Positions 29,761 to 43,868 of a stretch of 64,000 nt of DNA are shown here, piece after piece; position 1 is the first letter of the stretch, and each line of letters opens with the position of its first letter. The stretch lies in the NCBI RefSeq assembly GCF_009914755.1, contig NC_060926.1, one strand, 5' to 3'. The notes below the pieces were generated by a model. The model ran no database searches. It was not told the DNA's origin and was given only the letters and a program-made list of their open reading frames with translations. This DNA is from the human T2T-CHM13v2.0 reference genome, Homo sapiens. A program made the position numbers and the translations under genes.

Positions 29761-30539
29761 ATAATACACAAATGAAGGGCCTGTTAACTAGCTTAAGTTA
29801 TGCTATTTAAAATTATTTAATTTCAAAAACAGTTTTATAAAACCACAAGCAAGTGATTTTTTCTTTTTTAAAGAAAATTACATTTGATTAATCAGTGTTG
29901 TTGATTGGTTAATAAGTACAAAGTGTCCTAAGATCCTTAAGTGAACTCTTCTGTGTCTATTATATCTCAAGTGGATACTATTGATCAATTAATTTTTTTT
30001 TAGGGCCTTCTATTTGTAAGGCACCGTCATAGGCAATCCACTAGAAGCAGTGAGAGAAGACAGAGTAGGAGGGTAGGGGTAAAGGGGAGTATGTTCCTCT
30101 GAGTTTTAATCTCTGTTTTACAAAGAAAAATTTAATGATTGAGATTATTCTCCAATTATGAAGAATAGTCGAAGAATACATGTCTGCTCATTGTCTTTTG
30201 GAAAATACACACACAGTCTGACCTTTGATCAAGAATGCATTTTAGATTGACCATTTTAGCTTGATGGTTACTTTACTTACTAGTACAGACTATGTAGTGG
30301 TGTTAACTTTCATAAATATGGGTTACACTGCATATGGCTTTTAATTTACTTTTGCTGTTATTCAGCCAGTATTTTCCTCTTGATCAGCACATTCAGGCAT
30401 ATTGTTCTAGTAAGCAAAACTTTATGTGCCAGTCATACTTTCCTTTGAAGCAATCTTTGTACAACTGTCTTGATTAGTCCCCCAAAATCATTTTGGAAAG
30501 GATCTTTGACTCTATTTTTTAAATACACAATTGAATCAG

Positions 30540-31000
30540 AGCATTAAAACTGGAAGGATCCAAGAGATCATCTTGTATTGTTGAACTGCTTATTATTTTA
30601 TCTGTGGAGGAACTGAGATCCTGAGAAGTGCTGTAACATGCCCAAGGTCACACAGAGCTAGGACCAGGTCCATAGCAACATAGCCCTGTGCTTCTCAAAC
30701 TTTAATGTGCTTCTTGAATCTTAGATTAAGCAAGCTGTCAAACCCTGCTCTCAGTCCCTGTTTCCCTTCTACAAAGGCAGTGGGTATACAGTGAGCTTAC
30801 TTCTCATTTTCTACCAAATGATGTTCAGTGATGACCCAAGAATTGTTGAGTTTGGCCAACTGCTAGAAATCTGGTTAAAAGGTGAGTTCTGATGTATTCA
30901 GGTTGATGCCCCAGATTCTCCATTTCTTACAAGCTCCTAAGATACTGACTGACGTTGCTGTGCTGGTGCTGCTGGTCCCTGGATCACACTTTGAGTGGCA
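30540..31000. mobile_element. MIR and MER5-like fragments
   Basis: GAGGAACTGAGA...GCCCAAGGTCACACAG; GCTTCTCAAACTTTAATGTGC ... CACACTTTGAGTGGCA. Confidence 0.55.
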
Positions 31001-31075
31001 GGGCTAAAATGTTCTTCCTGATAACTGGCTATCTCAGATTCTTTTAACATGTTTAATTAAAAGGGGTTTTTTTTG

Positions 31076-31373
<298 letters not shown>

Positions 31374-32027
31374 TCATCTGTGAGATAGGTGATATAGATA
31401 TTATCTGAGGTATAATAAGTAATAAACAAATGAATGCTTTCCTTATTAACCTTTACTATTAAGAGTGGAAATTAGATTTCCAGAAGGTAAGTATGAGACA
31501 CTTGCCAGATTTTACAATTGAACTTGTACAAATGTCCAGTTACGATTAGTTTAGAAAATGTCTTGGCTTTAGAGACCTTTGCTGAATGGAGTAGAATGCT
31601 GTGCCCCATTTGTAGATTGCTGCTGTGGTAGTCTTGGTATAGTTTTATAGTTTATCATCCTTTTAAAATAATAACTGATTACATGGTTAAGATAACCCTA
31701 TCAATAAGCTGGTGTTTGTTTTTTAACTAGGAAATCTCATTTTAAGTTCCAGGGCTAGATGGTTAATTGATGTTTTAAAAATAGCTGCATGTTGTGTATA
31801 CATGAAAGCTAACTTTGAATTTCTTGTACATAAATATTTTAAACTTTGAAATAAAACACTAGGAAATTCTTTCATTTAGAATGAACATAGAAAATTTCAT
31901 TTTTAATAGTCTCAGATTAGTCTTATCAGAAAATCTTTTTGTTTACTGCTTATTTTAACTTGAATCCCAGTGAACTGGTTTGCCGTTCCAGATGGTATTT
32001 TTCAAGAGTGCATCTCTTTGATTTCAG

Positions 32028-32403
32028 GAGTAGCACTGTAGATGGGTTAAGGAAAAGACCCCTCATCGTATTTGATGGAAGTTCAACAAGTACAAGCATA
32101 AAAGTGAAAAAGACAGAGAATGGAGATAATGATCGACTGAAGCCTCCCCCGCAGGCAAGCTTTACCAGTAATGCCTTTAGAAAATTATCAAATTCCTCTT
32201 CGAGTGTTTCACCCCTAATTTTGTCTTCCAATTTGCCTGTGAACAATAAAACGGAACACAATAATAATGACGCTAAACAGAACCATGACTTAACGCATAG
32301 GAAAAGTCCTTCAGGCCCTGTGAAGTCGCCACCATTGTCCCCTGTTGGAACTACTCCAGTGAAGTTAAAGAGAGCTGCTCCTAAAGAAGAGGCAGAGGCC
32401 ATG
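32028..32403 (+). CDS. C2orf49: Ashwin coding exon 3
   Basis: Acceptor TCTCTTTGATTTCAG|G completes Arg; [17 protein letters not shown]...[14 protein letters not shown]; 376 nt; donor ATG|GTAAGT, phase 0. Confidence 0.95.
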
Positions 32404-33751
32404 GTAAGTATGGGGGTGGTTTCCATGCTGGTAAGTGGTCTGAATGAAACTTGAGCAGTCTGCCTCATGACGGGAGGTGGGTCGACTGTGCTACATTCTG
32501 TTCTTGAACCCTTTTGATGGTCTGTCTGATTTGTATAATACAACTTATTACTCCAGTACTTGAATCCTGGAATTTAAAAATCCATGGTGATTAATGTTTT
32601 TAAAAGTTCACTCAAGTTATTTCTGCTTAAAATACGTAGAGAGAGGATCTGTTAGGCAGTTTTCCTAGATTTTTCTCATTTAGTTCCTTTAACTGTCTTG
32701 GAACTAAAACAGATAAATATTCCTTTATTAGCAAGGTTTAGAACATTAAGTAATTTGTCCAGGGTCACACATTTATTAAGTAGCATTTGGGGCCTGACCT
32801 TAAGTCTGTCTGTTTGTGCATACCTTAAAACCACACCAGACACCAGAATCTTTTTAAGATTTACCACTTGCCTCGCCTACTGCTCAATTTACCTAGCTTT
32901 GTGGGGATAGCAGAAGTTGGGGAAATCTATTATGTTGTGCTCCACTATGTTGAATCATTTGGATGCTTGTTGGCACATTTAGTGCAGTTAACACAATGTA
33001 TTAGAGTTTAATTTGTGAGATGATTTATATATATATAATATAAAATATATATAGGCGCTTCAGAAAAGTGCTTTTACTTTTAAATACCTAGTAGTTTAAT
33101 AGCCATTATTCTGTAGAATACTTTGCCTTTATTATTATTATCATCTAATCATGTATCAAAGGGATCAAAACTCAGAAAATTCAAACATTCTAAAATAGTA
33201 GACTGGAAAAAGAAAACCACCTGACTGGTCATGAGTTTTTTACTTTTATTAGTTCATTGAATCCTTTCAGTAACTATGAAGTAGGCATCTTCGTTATTCC
33301 TATTTCACAGATAAGGAAACAGAAACTTAGTAAATTTAAATAAGTTTGTCCAGAATTCCAGAGTTATTAGTAAGCCACCAGGCTGCGATTTGAATTTAGG
33401 TTTGTTTGATCCCAGGGCACACACTTTGGAGGCCATGCTTCCTCCATACTCCTTTCAGCTACCTTTGTGGGAGAGAGGAGGAAGGTGTGGGATAAGAGTT
33501 AGAACAATAAAGCCACATCTCAAATATTGCCATAAGGAGTAAGCCTCAGAGAATTTTTTTTTTCCAGGCTCTTAAACAGCATTTCTCTACCCTACAAAAT
33601 TTTACTGTTTTATAGATATGAGATATATATATATAGAGAGAGAGAGAGTGTGAGAGAGCTATATGTGAAACACTAAGGATAAAAGATTCTTTTTTATGTA
33701 GGGCCCACATATAAATCTTTTTCTTCTTATTAACATTTCCCATTGACTTTG

Positions 33752-34056
<305 letters not shown>

Positions 34057-34139
34057 TATTTGCATTGACTTTGGATTGTTAAATTGTAAAGTTGATGGAG
34101 GAGATAGGCTGGACAGGGAGAAAGCAGATCTGGAGCAGT

Positions 34140-34330
34140 CAGTGGTTTTCAACTCTGATTGTATGTTAACATCACTTGAGGAGCTTCCAAAAAAAGCAAA
34201 AAGAAGTCAGAGCCTTATCCCCCTACCTTTTATGGATTCTGGTTTAATTGGTTCTGTGATAAGACCAGGCCTGGGGCATGTTTTTAAGTGCTCTAAGTTA
34301 TTCTAAACTACACACATTTGAGAACCACAG
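34140..34330. mobile_element. MER5-type MITE
   Basis: CAGTGGTTTTCAAC...TTGAGAACCAC termini. Confidence 0.7.
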
Positions 34331-34494
34331 AGCTAGAGAACTCACCCCTGTTTCTTTAAATATATTCCCACCAGATGGCAGCAGTGATCTTCCATTAATA
34401 CATTAATAGTAAACCTTGGTTGTTTAAAATGTTCATTTTAGTTGTTTTCTGATATTTCTGCAAGTATAAACTGATTTCTGTTCATGTCTTTCAG

Positions 34495-34551
34495 AATAAC
34501 CTGAAGCCCCCACAAGCAAAAAGGAAGATACAACATGTTACTTGGCCCTGA
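34495..34551 (+). CDS. C2orf49: Ashwin last coding exon (total 232 aa)
   Basis: Acceptor TTCATGTCTTTCAG|; [18 protein letters not shown] then TGA at 34549-34551; exons sum to 33+55+1+125+18 = 232 codons plus stop. Confidence 0.95.
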
Positions 34552-34860
34552 AGAAAAGTTTCCAAAAATGTAAATATACTGTAACTGTAGTTTTTCAAAT
34601 ATGTTCATATATATTGACAATATTTACAGAAATCCTGATTATTGTGGAATTTTCTTAAGAGGTTTCAAATAGGTTTAAAAAAATAAAGGATTTATTTTCC
34701 TTCCCTTCTTCCCTCCCTCCCTTCCTTTTTTAAAATTCTTGCCTGTCTTGCCCTGATTAGGAAAGAATATCTTTTTAAACCAATGGCTTAGTATATGTCA
34801 TTTATATTGACCCTACTGAAATTATTAGCTACAAATGTGCTATAAAGCATCCATTGAATT

Positions 34861-35155
<295 letters not shown>

Positions 35156-37709
35156 GCATTCAGTGAATTTTCGGAGTTACTCTCATTAGCCTTGTTCAGA
35201 GTCTTTGGGGGAAATTTGAGATTTTTGAGATTTTTTTTAAAAACTCAAATATTTTACTAGTTTGCCTGCCATTTTATTTCTTTTACAAAGCAGAAGCATA
35301 TACCAATTTATCACAGTATTTTAGTAAATACTGCAACATTCATCCTTAAATGTTCACCAAGAAAAGCATCTTTGTAGTAGTGCTGGAAAACTATTCAGAA
35401 TATACAGATAAAAATGCTGTTCTTTAATTGCTTACATTGCTTCTTCCCATAAAAAGCAAAAAGGAATCAGTGCTTGCTATTGCTCCTTTCCTTGAAGTTG
35501 TAACAATTGATACATATATTATGAGTTGACTGGTCGATTCTGTACCTGGCCCATCCTTTAGAATGTTCTTGTCATGTAGCAGTCCTACGTACTCTTTTCA
35601 TGAGCAGTCTGTGATCTCACTCTGTGAGTTCAGCTATTACTCGCTCGTGGGAGCTTAATCTTTTCAAAATGAAGTTGATTTAAAAAGTCTTCAGGCAGAG
35701 TAATCATGTTAGAGGTGGTATTCGATGGAAGAAAGTTTAGAGAGTTAGGAGTGGGGGTAGAATTCTAGAATTTATAAGAGTCCAGGAAGCATAGCAGTCA
35801 GGGGCAAAAATTAGCGTAATATGGAGTAGGCAATAGAGGAGCTACTGGAGTCAGAAGTCACTGCAGAGTGCAACATAGGAAGATGGACTCCTAGCTTACA
35901 TGAGATTCCCTGCAGCTGTAATATAGACAATTCCCACATGGCTGTTCTACACAGAATTACCTGCTAAGATTTTTTGTTTATTTTTGTTTGAGTGGTATTT
36001 TCACTCCAATTGTATAATGGAAATCAGTGGGAAAATAGGGTTTACCTTATATTCATGAGTTCTAGTTTCTACTGTTCTGCTATGTGTTTCTAAGCAAGAG
36101 CAAAGGATACTTCATACTTTTTTCGTTATATGATTGATCTTCAAATTGGGATTTACCTTTTTCAATATGTTTTAAAGTAGTCTTATTCCTCTTTTGATTT
36201 GTTAAACAAGCATTTTAGTTCAGCTATTGAATAGCCTTCCAAAAAATTAATTCAGCCTTGCAGGTAAGTACCATACTAAGACTTTAACCCAATAGTTTTT
36301 AATCATTCTGCCTTTATTCCAAACTGTAAATCTGTACACATAAGATAAAACATACTAAGTATTGCATAAATTGTTAACGTTACAGTAAATTGTTATCTGC
36401 AGGGCTGACAGACATAATGTTGGTGGGCAACTGTGATCCTATACATACATATATGCAAAAGGGGATTTTAAAAGTGCAGATTATAGAGTAGATTGACAAA
36501 TTTTATTTTATATTCAGTTGTCCTCTCTGCTTCCATCTGTGTTGCTCTCTTAGTTGAGAGAGAGTTAGCCATTTGACGATTTTAAGTCAGTGGGAACTTA
36601 TTTTTAGTTACTCAATAAAATTAATATTTTATTTGTATTTTAACTTACAGAGTAGGTTGGTAATAACAGCTGAACTGTGTAACATTGTTGCTTCAAATTG
36701 AAGTTTATATTATGAACATTCAGAATCAATGCTCATGTAGCAGCATATTATTGAGCTATTTTGAGTTTGAAATGTGGAGAAACGCTAAACCATGTACTAT
36801 GTGTTAACATAATCCCACCTTCTTAGAGCTTTGTTCCTTCTGAAGGTGTATAGATACAGCTTGTCTTGAAATGTCTTTCTCCACATAATGAAGCATGCTG
36901 AATGCTGGGAATCTGGAGCAGCAGCCCTGGGAGCCCTGAGTTTTGAAGTGTTTTGGTTTGCTTCAAAGGTTAGAAGAACTTGATATGTATGGCAAACAAC
37001 TTTAGAATACTAGTTACTCACTAACATGAGGCGGGTAATGTTGCTCTAGATTCTATATTCCAGTAAAGCCAGCTTTTCTTATTATTGGAGTAGGCAAATG
37101 AATGGCATTAGAATTAGTGGGTGGCTTGTAAGTTGTAGTTATAGGCACTTTACCACTTCCTGCCATTAGCAGGCATCCTTGTTTTTTCTTCTTTTCCCTC
37201 TTTGTTCCTTCTTTTCCCTTTCTCCTTATACATTTTCTTTCTCTACTTTAATTCTCCTTCCTCCTTACTGTAGATCCCAAGCTTCTAGCTTAGGTTTGCA
37301 AGTCATATTGCTTGGCCCTCCACATTCACTGAGAGGTGAAGATAGGCTGACCCCCTGTCCTCTTACATTTGAGGGATCATAGACTGCTGTGTGAATTCTG
37401 GAAAGTCTCAGGTCCCTACCAGGGCACTGAATGGCTTCTCAATGGCTGTAGAGACAGTACAGTTTTCCAAAGCAGCCTAATTCATCTGGACAGCTACCAG
37501 GCACTTTGGAAAGTTGGTTCAGTTACTACTATGAGGCCATAATATATTTGCTGGTATTAAAATTCTTCAGAATTGGAATTACTATTTGAAATAATATTTT
37601 GGTTGACTTAAGTTTTGAGAGACAATTCTAAAATTGATCTAGAGACTCATTCAATAGCAATGTGACCTTTTAAATACTTACATTAAGTAAAACTGCCAGT
37701 AGATTAAAT

Positions 37710-37734
37710 CATATATATATATATATATATATAT
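37710..37734. repeat. (AT)n microsatellite
   Basis: About 12 perfect AT units. Confidence 0.95.
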
Positions 37735-38407
37735 GTAAGAGCTTCCTCTATTTACTACTGTTGAACTTCAGTAATTTTTAGAGGCTAAATAATGGTCAGA
37801 ATGTTTTTAAGTGTGCTCTTTTATTACATGCTTGTGCAGGTTTTGTAATTCAGTACAGAAAAGTTTAACCTTGTACATTTTTGTATGTAAAAAGTCTTTT
37901 AAGTAGTCTTATCCTTATTTAAATAAACAGAATAAAATTACCTTGAGTAGGTCTGTTATTCTTATTAAAATGGAAAAATGCTCTGTAATGACTTGATCTG
38001 TTTTTATTTGAGTGAACAATTTTGGAAAGTATTCTTTATAGTACAACTTTCTATACCTGGATTGATTAAGATCAGATGTGATTCGAGTAGTCCAGCCATA
38101 TCTTGTAGCCCTTCTTTGAATGAGAGGGTGGCTGGAGTGGTCTGGTGCTGGGATATCACGGTGCTACAGAGCCTGACATGTTGACTGTCACTACATGTTG
38201 AGGGATGGAAATAGAAGTCTCTGAACTTCCCATGTAATATTAAAGCTCTTAACAAAATGAGACAAACTAGAGATTCAGTTGAGAGATTTTATGTTAGAGT
38301 GATCTGAAAAAAAGTTAATTTCTAAACTGCTATCTTAATATTATTATATTTGGAGACTGATGCTGTAAATTAAATAACTTGGAAAAGACTCAGGTAACTT
38401 TCTACTT

Positions 38408-38570
38408 TGTCTTTTGTTTTGTTTTAGAGATGAGGTCTTGCTCTGTCGCCCAGAGTGTAGTGCAGTGGCATGATCATAGCTCACTGCAGCCTTGAACTCC
38501 TTGGCTCAAGTGGTCCTCCTGCTTCAGCCTCCTGTAGCTGGGACTACAGGCATGCACCAGCACACCCAGC
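38408..38570 (-). mobile_element. Alu monomer (right-arm/FRAM-like), antisense
   Basis: GAGGTCTTGCTCTGTCGCCCAG...GCTGGGACTACAGG. Confidence 0.85.
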
Positions 38571-38739
38571 TTCTACTTTGTACTTAACACATAGATTCTT
38601 CATTTTTTTTGTCTGGACAGAAGAGACAAAAATCTTATTTCCACTTAGATTGTTTTTACTAAAGTGCATTTTACTAACTAAAGTGCATTGCTTTTTCAGT
38701 TGTTTAGTAGCTTGATCATCTTATTGTGGAATAAAAAAT

Positions 38740-39620
38740 AGAGATTAGAATTGCCTGTGTATTTGTTGAGTACCTACTATGCTAGCTCTTTCTTGGGAAT
38801 GAACAAGGCAGATTAAGTACTTGCTTTCATAGAGAAAACAGACAGTGAACCATGAAATAATGGGTAATTGTAATGGTAGAAAGTAAAACAGGGTCAAGAA
38901 ATGGTGAAGGATGAAGAAAGTAGGATGAGAAGCTATTTTAAATACAGTGGTTAGGAAAGGCCTCTGAAGATACTATATTTTGAAGAGAGCATGCCTAAGG
39001 CATAGCTATGGAGAGCTTTCAGGAGAAGCATTCTACATGTGTCCAGTTTTAGATGGCTGCATACTCCTCCCATCAAGGCTGGAGTCAGCTTCCCACCACT
39101 TGTATGTGGACCTGGCCTTGTAACTTGCTTTGATCAAGTGAATGCTTCTACTCTTACACTTGGACTTCTGCTTGCAGCCATGTGAAAAAGCCCAGGCATA
39201 CCCACTGGAAATACATGGCTCACCCAACAGCCAGCACTAACTGCCAGATGTGACCACTAGTCACCTATCCCCCCCGGTCTAGCTGCCGGCTGACTAAAGT
39301 TGTATGATGAGCTTCCTGGTGGGATCAGTCCAAATTGATGACTCTCAGAATCATGAGTGAATAAAATGGGAGTTGTATAAAGCCACTAAGTGTCGGGGGT
39401 AGTTTGCTACCCAGCAGTAGTTAACAGGTCCCAGACAAGGACAAAACATGAAAGCCCTAAGGCTTACTAGGTTCTTAGAACAGAAAGACTGGTGTGGCTC
39501 CAGTGAATGAAAACGGGCAGTGGTAGTATAAAATGAAGTCAAAGAAGGTAGGCAGGAGCCAGATGATGTATGAATGTAGGACTTTGGATTTGATTCTAAT
39601 ACCAATTGGAAGCTGTTTGT
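38740..39620 (-). mobile_element. L2 fragment interrupted by a MaLR (MLT1-like) LTR at ~39040-39425
   Basis: ATTTGTTGAGTACCTACTATG and GTGGTTAGGAAAGGCCTCT (L2); AAGCCACTAAGTGTCGGGGGTAGTTTGCTACCCAGCA (MLT1 3' end). Confidence 0.6.
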
Positions 39621-39914
39621 TAACTCTGTTGAGACTTAACCAAGCATTCAGTTTAATCAAAAATAGACTAGTTGAGTAAGTCTGTAATAGCCCTGTCTTT
39701 TATCCTCAAGTAAAATTAGCCAAGTGTTGTTTTCTTTTTTAATCTTCAGGTAAATAGTTTAAACTAAAACTTACTTCTTTGACTAACAAACATTTAGGAG
39801 ACTGTAAAATGCTTTACCAGTTATGGTGAAAGACAAATGCTTTTCATAAATATAAAACCATCCTATCTTTCGAAGCCTTCTGTTTTGTCTGTTCTGCCTT
39901 GCTATATAAGTTTT

Positions 39915-41400
39915 TAAAATAAACTTTTAAAAAATAAACTAGGACAGTTAGATTTCTGGAGAAATTGCCACAGTAGTACAGATTTTTAACATACCCCACA
40001 CTGTTTCCCTACTAACATACATTCATATGGTACCTTTGTTGAAATGACTCATTGTTAACTAAAGTTCTTAATTTTTTTCGATTTTCTGAGTTTTTCCCTA
40101 ATACCCTTTTACTGTTCCAGGATCCTACCCAGGGTACCATGTTATTTAGTTGTCATGTCATGTTAGGCTTCTCTTGGATGTGACAGTTTCTCAGAGTTTC
40201 CTTGTTTTTGATGACAGTTTTGAAGAGTAATGGTCAGGTAAATACCTGGAGAATGTTCCTCAATTGGGATTTTTCTGTTTTTCTCATGACTAGACTGGGG
40301 CTATGTGTTTTGCGGGGAGGACTACAGAGGTAAATTGCCATTTTCATCACATTATTTTGAGGACACATGCTGTAAACATGATACTACTTTTGAGGTTAAC
40401 CTTAACCTCATTTGGCCGACGTAGTGTTTGTCATTTTTTTCCACTATAGTTATTGCTTTTCCCTTCTAAATGTCATTTTTGCCCACCGCGCCCCCCCCGC
40501 CCCAAAAAAAAAGGTTATTTCTGTTTCCCCTTTTCATACATACTGTGCTCTTTGGAACAAACTCACTTAAGGAATGCAGAGTTACTTTGCTGGTGAAGTA
40601 CCTAAATTATTTGGAATTCTGCACAGGAGACTTAAGTATTCTCTACCATTAATTTTATTTAATGATTTATGTCAGTATGACTCATGGATACTTATTTTAT
40701 ATTTTGGGTTAAAGTCTAATGTGTGTTTTTGTTTTGTTTTGTTTTTTAACTCCAGTTCTTTCTGCTTTGGCCATTGAAAGCTCTTTCAGTTCGCTCCCGT
40801 TTCCCTGTGACTTATCCCATGATTGTGTTTTCTTTGAACACATCCTTTCTGGTATTATAGGATGCTCTAGCGTCATTTTGTATATTTCTTGCTCAAGCCG
40901 TAGAATGAGCCATTTCTCTAAGGAGCCTTTGCTCCTTTTATTAAAAACTGAGATCTGGGTACTAAGTATGCTGATTGCTACTGGGGTGTCATTGTTTTTA
41001 GGCCTCCTCAACTGACAGAGCAAGGAAATATATGTACCTATATTAACCCCTATAGGTGTACATTTCTATAGATATTTCTATATGTAACCATCTGTATCTA
41101 TAGTAACTAAAACATGAGTTCATACTATGTCTCTAACTCTAATCTATTACCATATTGATCATTCCAGACTTCCCTTGCATGTCTGGAACCTCCCACTCCA
41201 ACAGTGAGAAACATGGCTCCTACCAACCACCGTCCATTTACTTAATTGTTCAATTGCAGTACACATGTATAGAGGTTGCAGAATTGTTAGCCTGTACCCA
41301 TGTGAGAAATGACTTTACCAGCTAGATGAGAGTGATTATGTTCATTCCTTTTGCCTTTAATCTTACAGACTCCACTCATTTCTAATGTTGCTTAAGTCAT
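39915..41400 (-). mobile_element. Old L1 3' region (L1MC-type), antisense
   Basis: CTGTTCCAGGATCC...GACAGTTTCTCAGA...; GAGCCATTTCTCTAAGGAGCC; reverse complement of the motif seen at 13130-13510. Confidence 0.7.
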
Positions 41401-41541
41401 ATCATTTAAGATAGTTTCACAGTTTTGTTTTAATGAAAAAGAATGTCAAATAGACTTTTCTCTATTAACAACAACAAAATAAATCCCTAGACAAACATCC
41501 ATTCAACAGTTTTAAGGTGTCTGTACTTAGGCTGTAAATAA

Positions 41542-41921
<380 letters not shown>

Positions 41922-42112
41922 GGGTCTTTTCTTCTTCTTAATCCCAGTTGTTCAATCTAGATAAAAATTTGAGAAGGAATCTGAAGAACATTTAACAATT
42001 AAAGTCGCAGTATTCTGTGCACTAGGTAGTTTACTAGTTATATTTTTTTAATTCCTTGAAGCCTAGAGAAACCCATCAAAAATAAACAACTGGATTTTTC
42101 TTGTAGAAGATC

Positions 42113-42493
42113 CTCTCTTAGTCCATTTTCTCTCCCTATAACAGAATACCACAGATTAGGTAATTGATAAAGACCAGTTTATTTGGCTCACAGTTCTGGA
42201 GGTCCAAGAGCGTGGCACTGGCACCTGGTGAGGGTTATCCCATGGCAGAAGGCAGAAAGGCAGCAGCGAGTATGCAAAGCACAGAAGAACTTGGGCTGAA
42301 CTCATCTTTCTTTTTTTTAATCAAGAAATCACTTCCATAATAACTGCCCTTGTGATAATGGTATTAATCCATTCATGAGGACAGAGTCCTCATGGCCTAA
42401 TCTCTTCTTTAAGGCCCTATCTCTTAATACTGTTCCTATGGCAATTAAGTTTTCAACACATGAACTTTTGGGGGAGACATTCAAACCATAGCA
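42113..42493 (-). mobile_element. MaLR solo LTR (MST-type)
   Basis: TCTTAGTCCATTT...TTTATTTGGCTCACAGTTCTGGAGG...ATTCAAACCATAGCA. Confidence 0.8.
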
Positions 42494-43560
42494 CCCTCAG
42501 AACGTAGTGAGTAAAATGCATAAATGCTAATAGATGTCAGGGATGAAGTCAGTCTGCTCTTATTTTTATAATGGAGTTCTAGTCTCAATTTTTTTTTCTT
42601 TTTCACTGAAAGGTCACTACATACATTTTGGCATGTATGTCACCTGGACATTTCCATCTCAGTGTTTAAAAACTCATGTATTTAGTTTTTACCCCATCTT
42701 CATCTCTGTGTAAGAAAAAAGCCCATGTTTTAGGGGACGGTGGGCTAGGAGTCAAGATTTCTGATTTCTAGTGTGTTGGCCTCTTTGCAGTCTTGAGTAA
42801 GCTTTATTCTTCCTGGGCTTCCACTTCCTCCTTTGCAAAGCAGATGGATTTCACTCTTATCCTTAAGACTCTTCCAGATCTTACTTCTTGGTATTTCTAG
42901 AATTAACCTTATCCTTATCCCTGAGCCTCTGTAATCTATCATTTAATAACTAGGCAGAAAATGAGAGGTACCCTCAAGTCTGAATGGGCATCACTAAAGA
43001 TGATTGAGAATTGAGTATATATTTTAAGTTTCTAAAGTAATATGATTAAGTGATATGCAAGTTAATATAACTTTTATTTTGCTTTAATATAACTAGTTTT
43101 ACAAAGTCTTGTCCAAAGGAGTTAGGGTTTATTTATTGTGCTGACTTAAAGACTTGAGGGCAGCCCTCTGCTTACAAATTGGATAGTGTCTAGTTGTAGC
43201 AAGTCAACAATGTTCAATACATATACCTCGGGCTTCATTTTTGTGATCACAAGGTTTTCTTTGCTAGTTTCTAAAGTTCTGCTCTATTAACACCACTGAG
43301 TTCTTTTGCAGGCATTTCTCTAAAGTTTTTCCAGAGATAAAGCTTTCACTAAGGGCAATATTGAGGGAGTAGTAACCATTGTAGTTCCAGGGCACATTGC
43401 ACCACAGCAGATATATTTAATGAGTTTCTTGCCTTGTTTATGGTTCATGTAGAATGATTCCCTCATCAGTGAAACTGTTTCTTTGACTTACTTCAGTGAC
43501 TAAATTTTCATTGTTCCGGTTGAGGGTAGACTAGTTCTATTAAGCATTTTATTATACCCT

Positions 43561-43868
<308 letters not shown>

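Noticed and set aside
31950-32543. 197-aa ORF antisense to C2orf49 exon 3
   Set aside because: Shadow ORF of a real exon, with a non-ATG start and no domain or splice support
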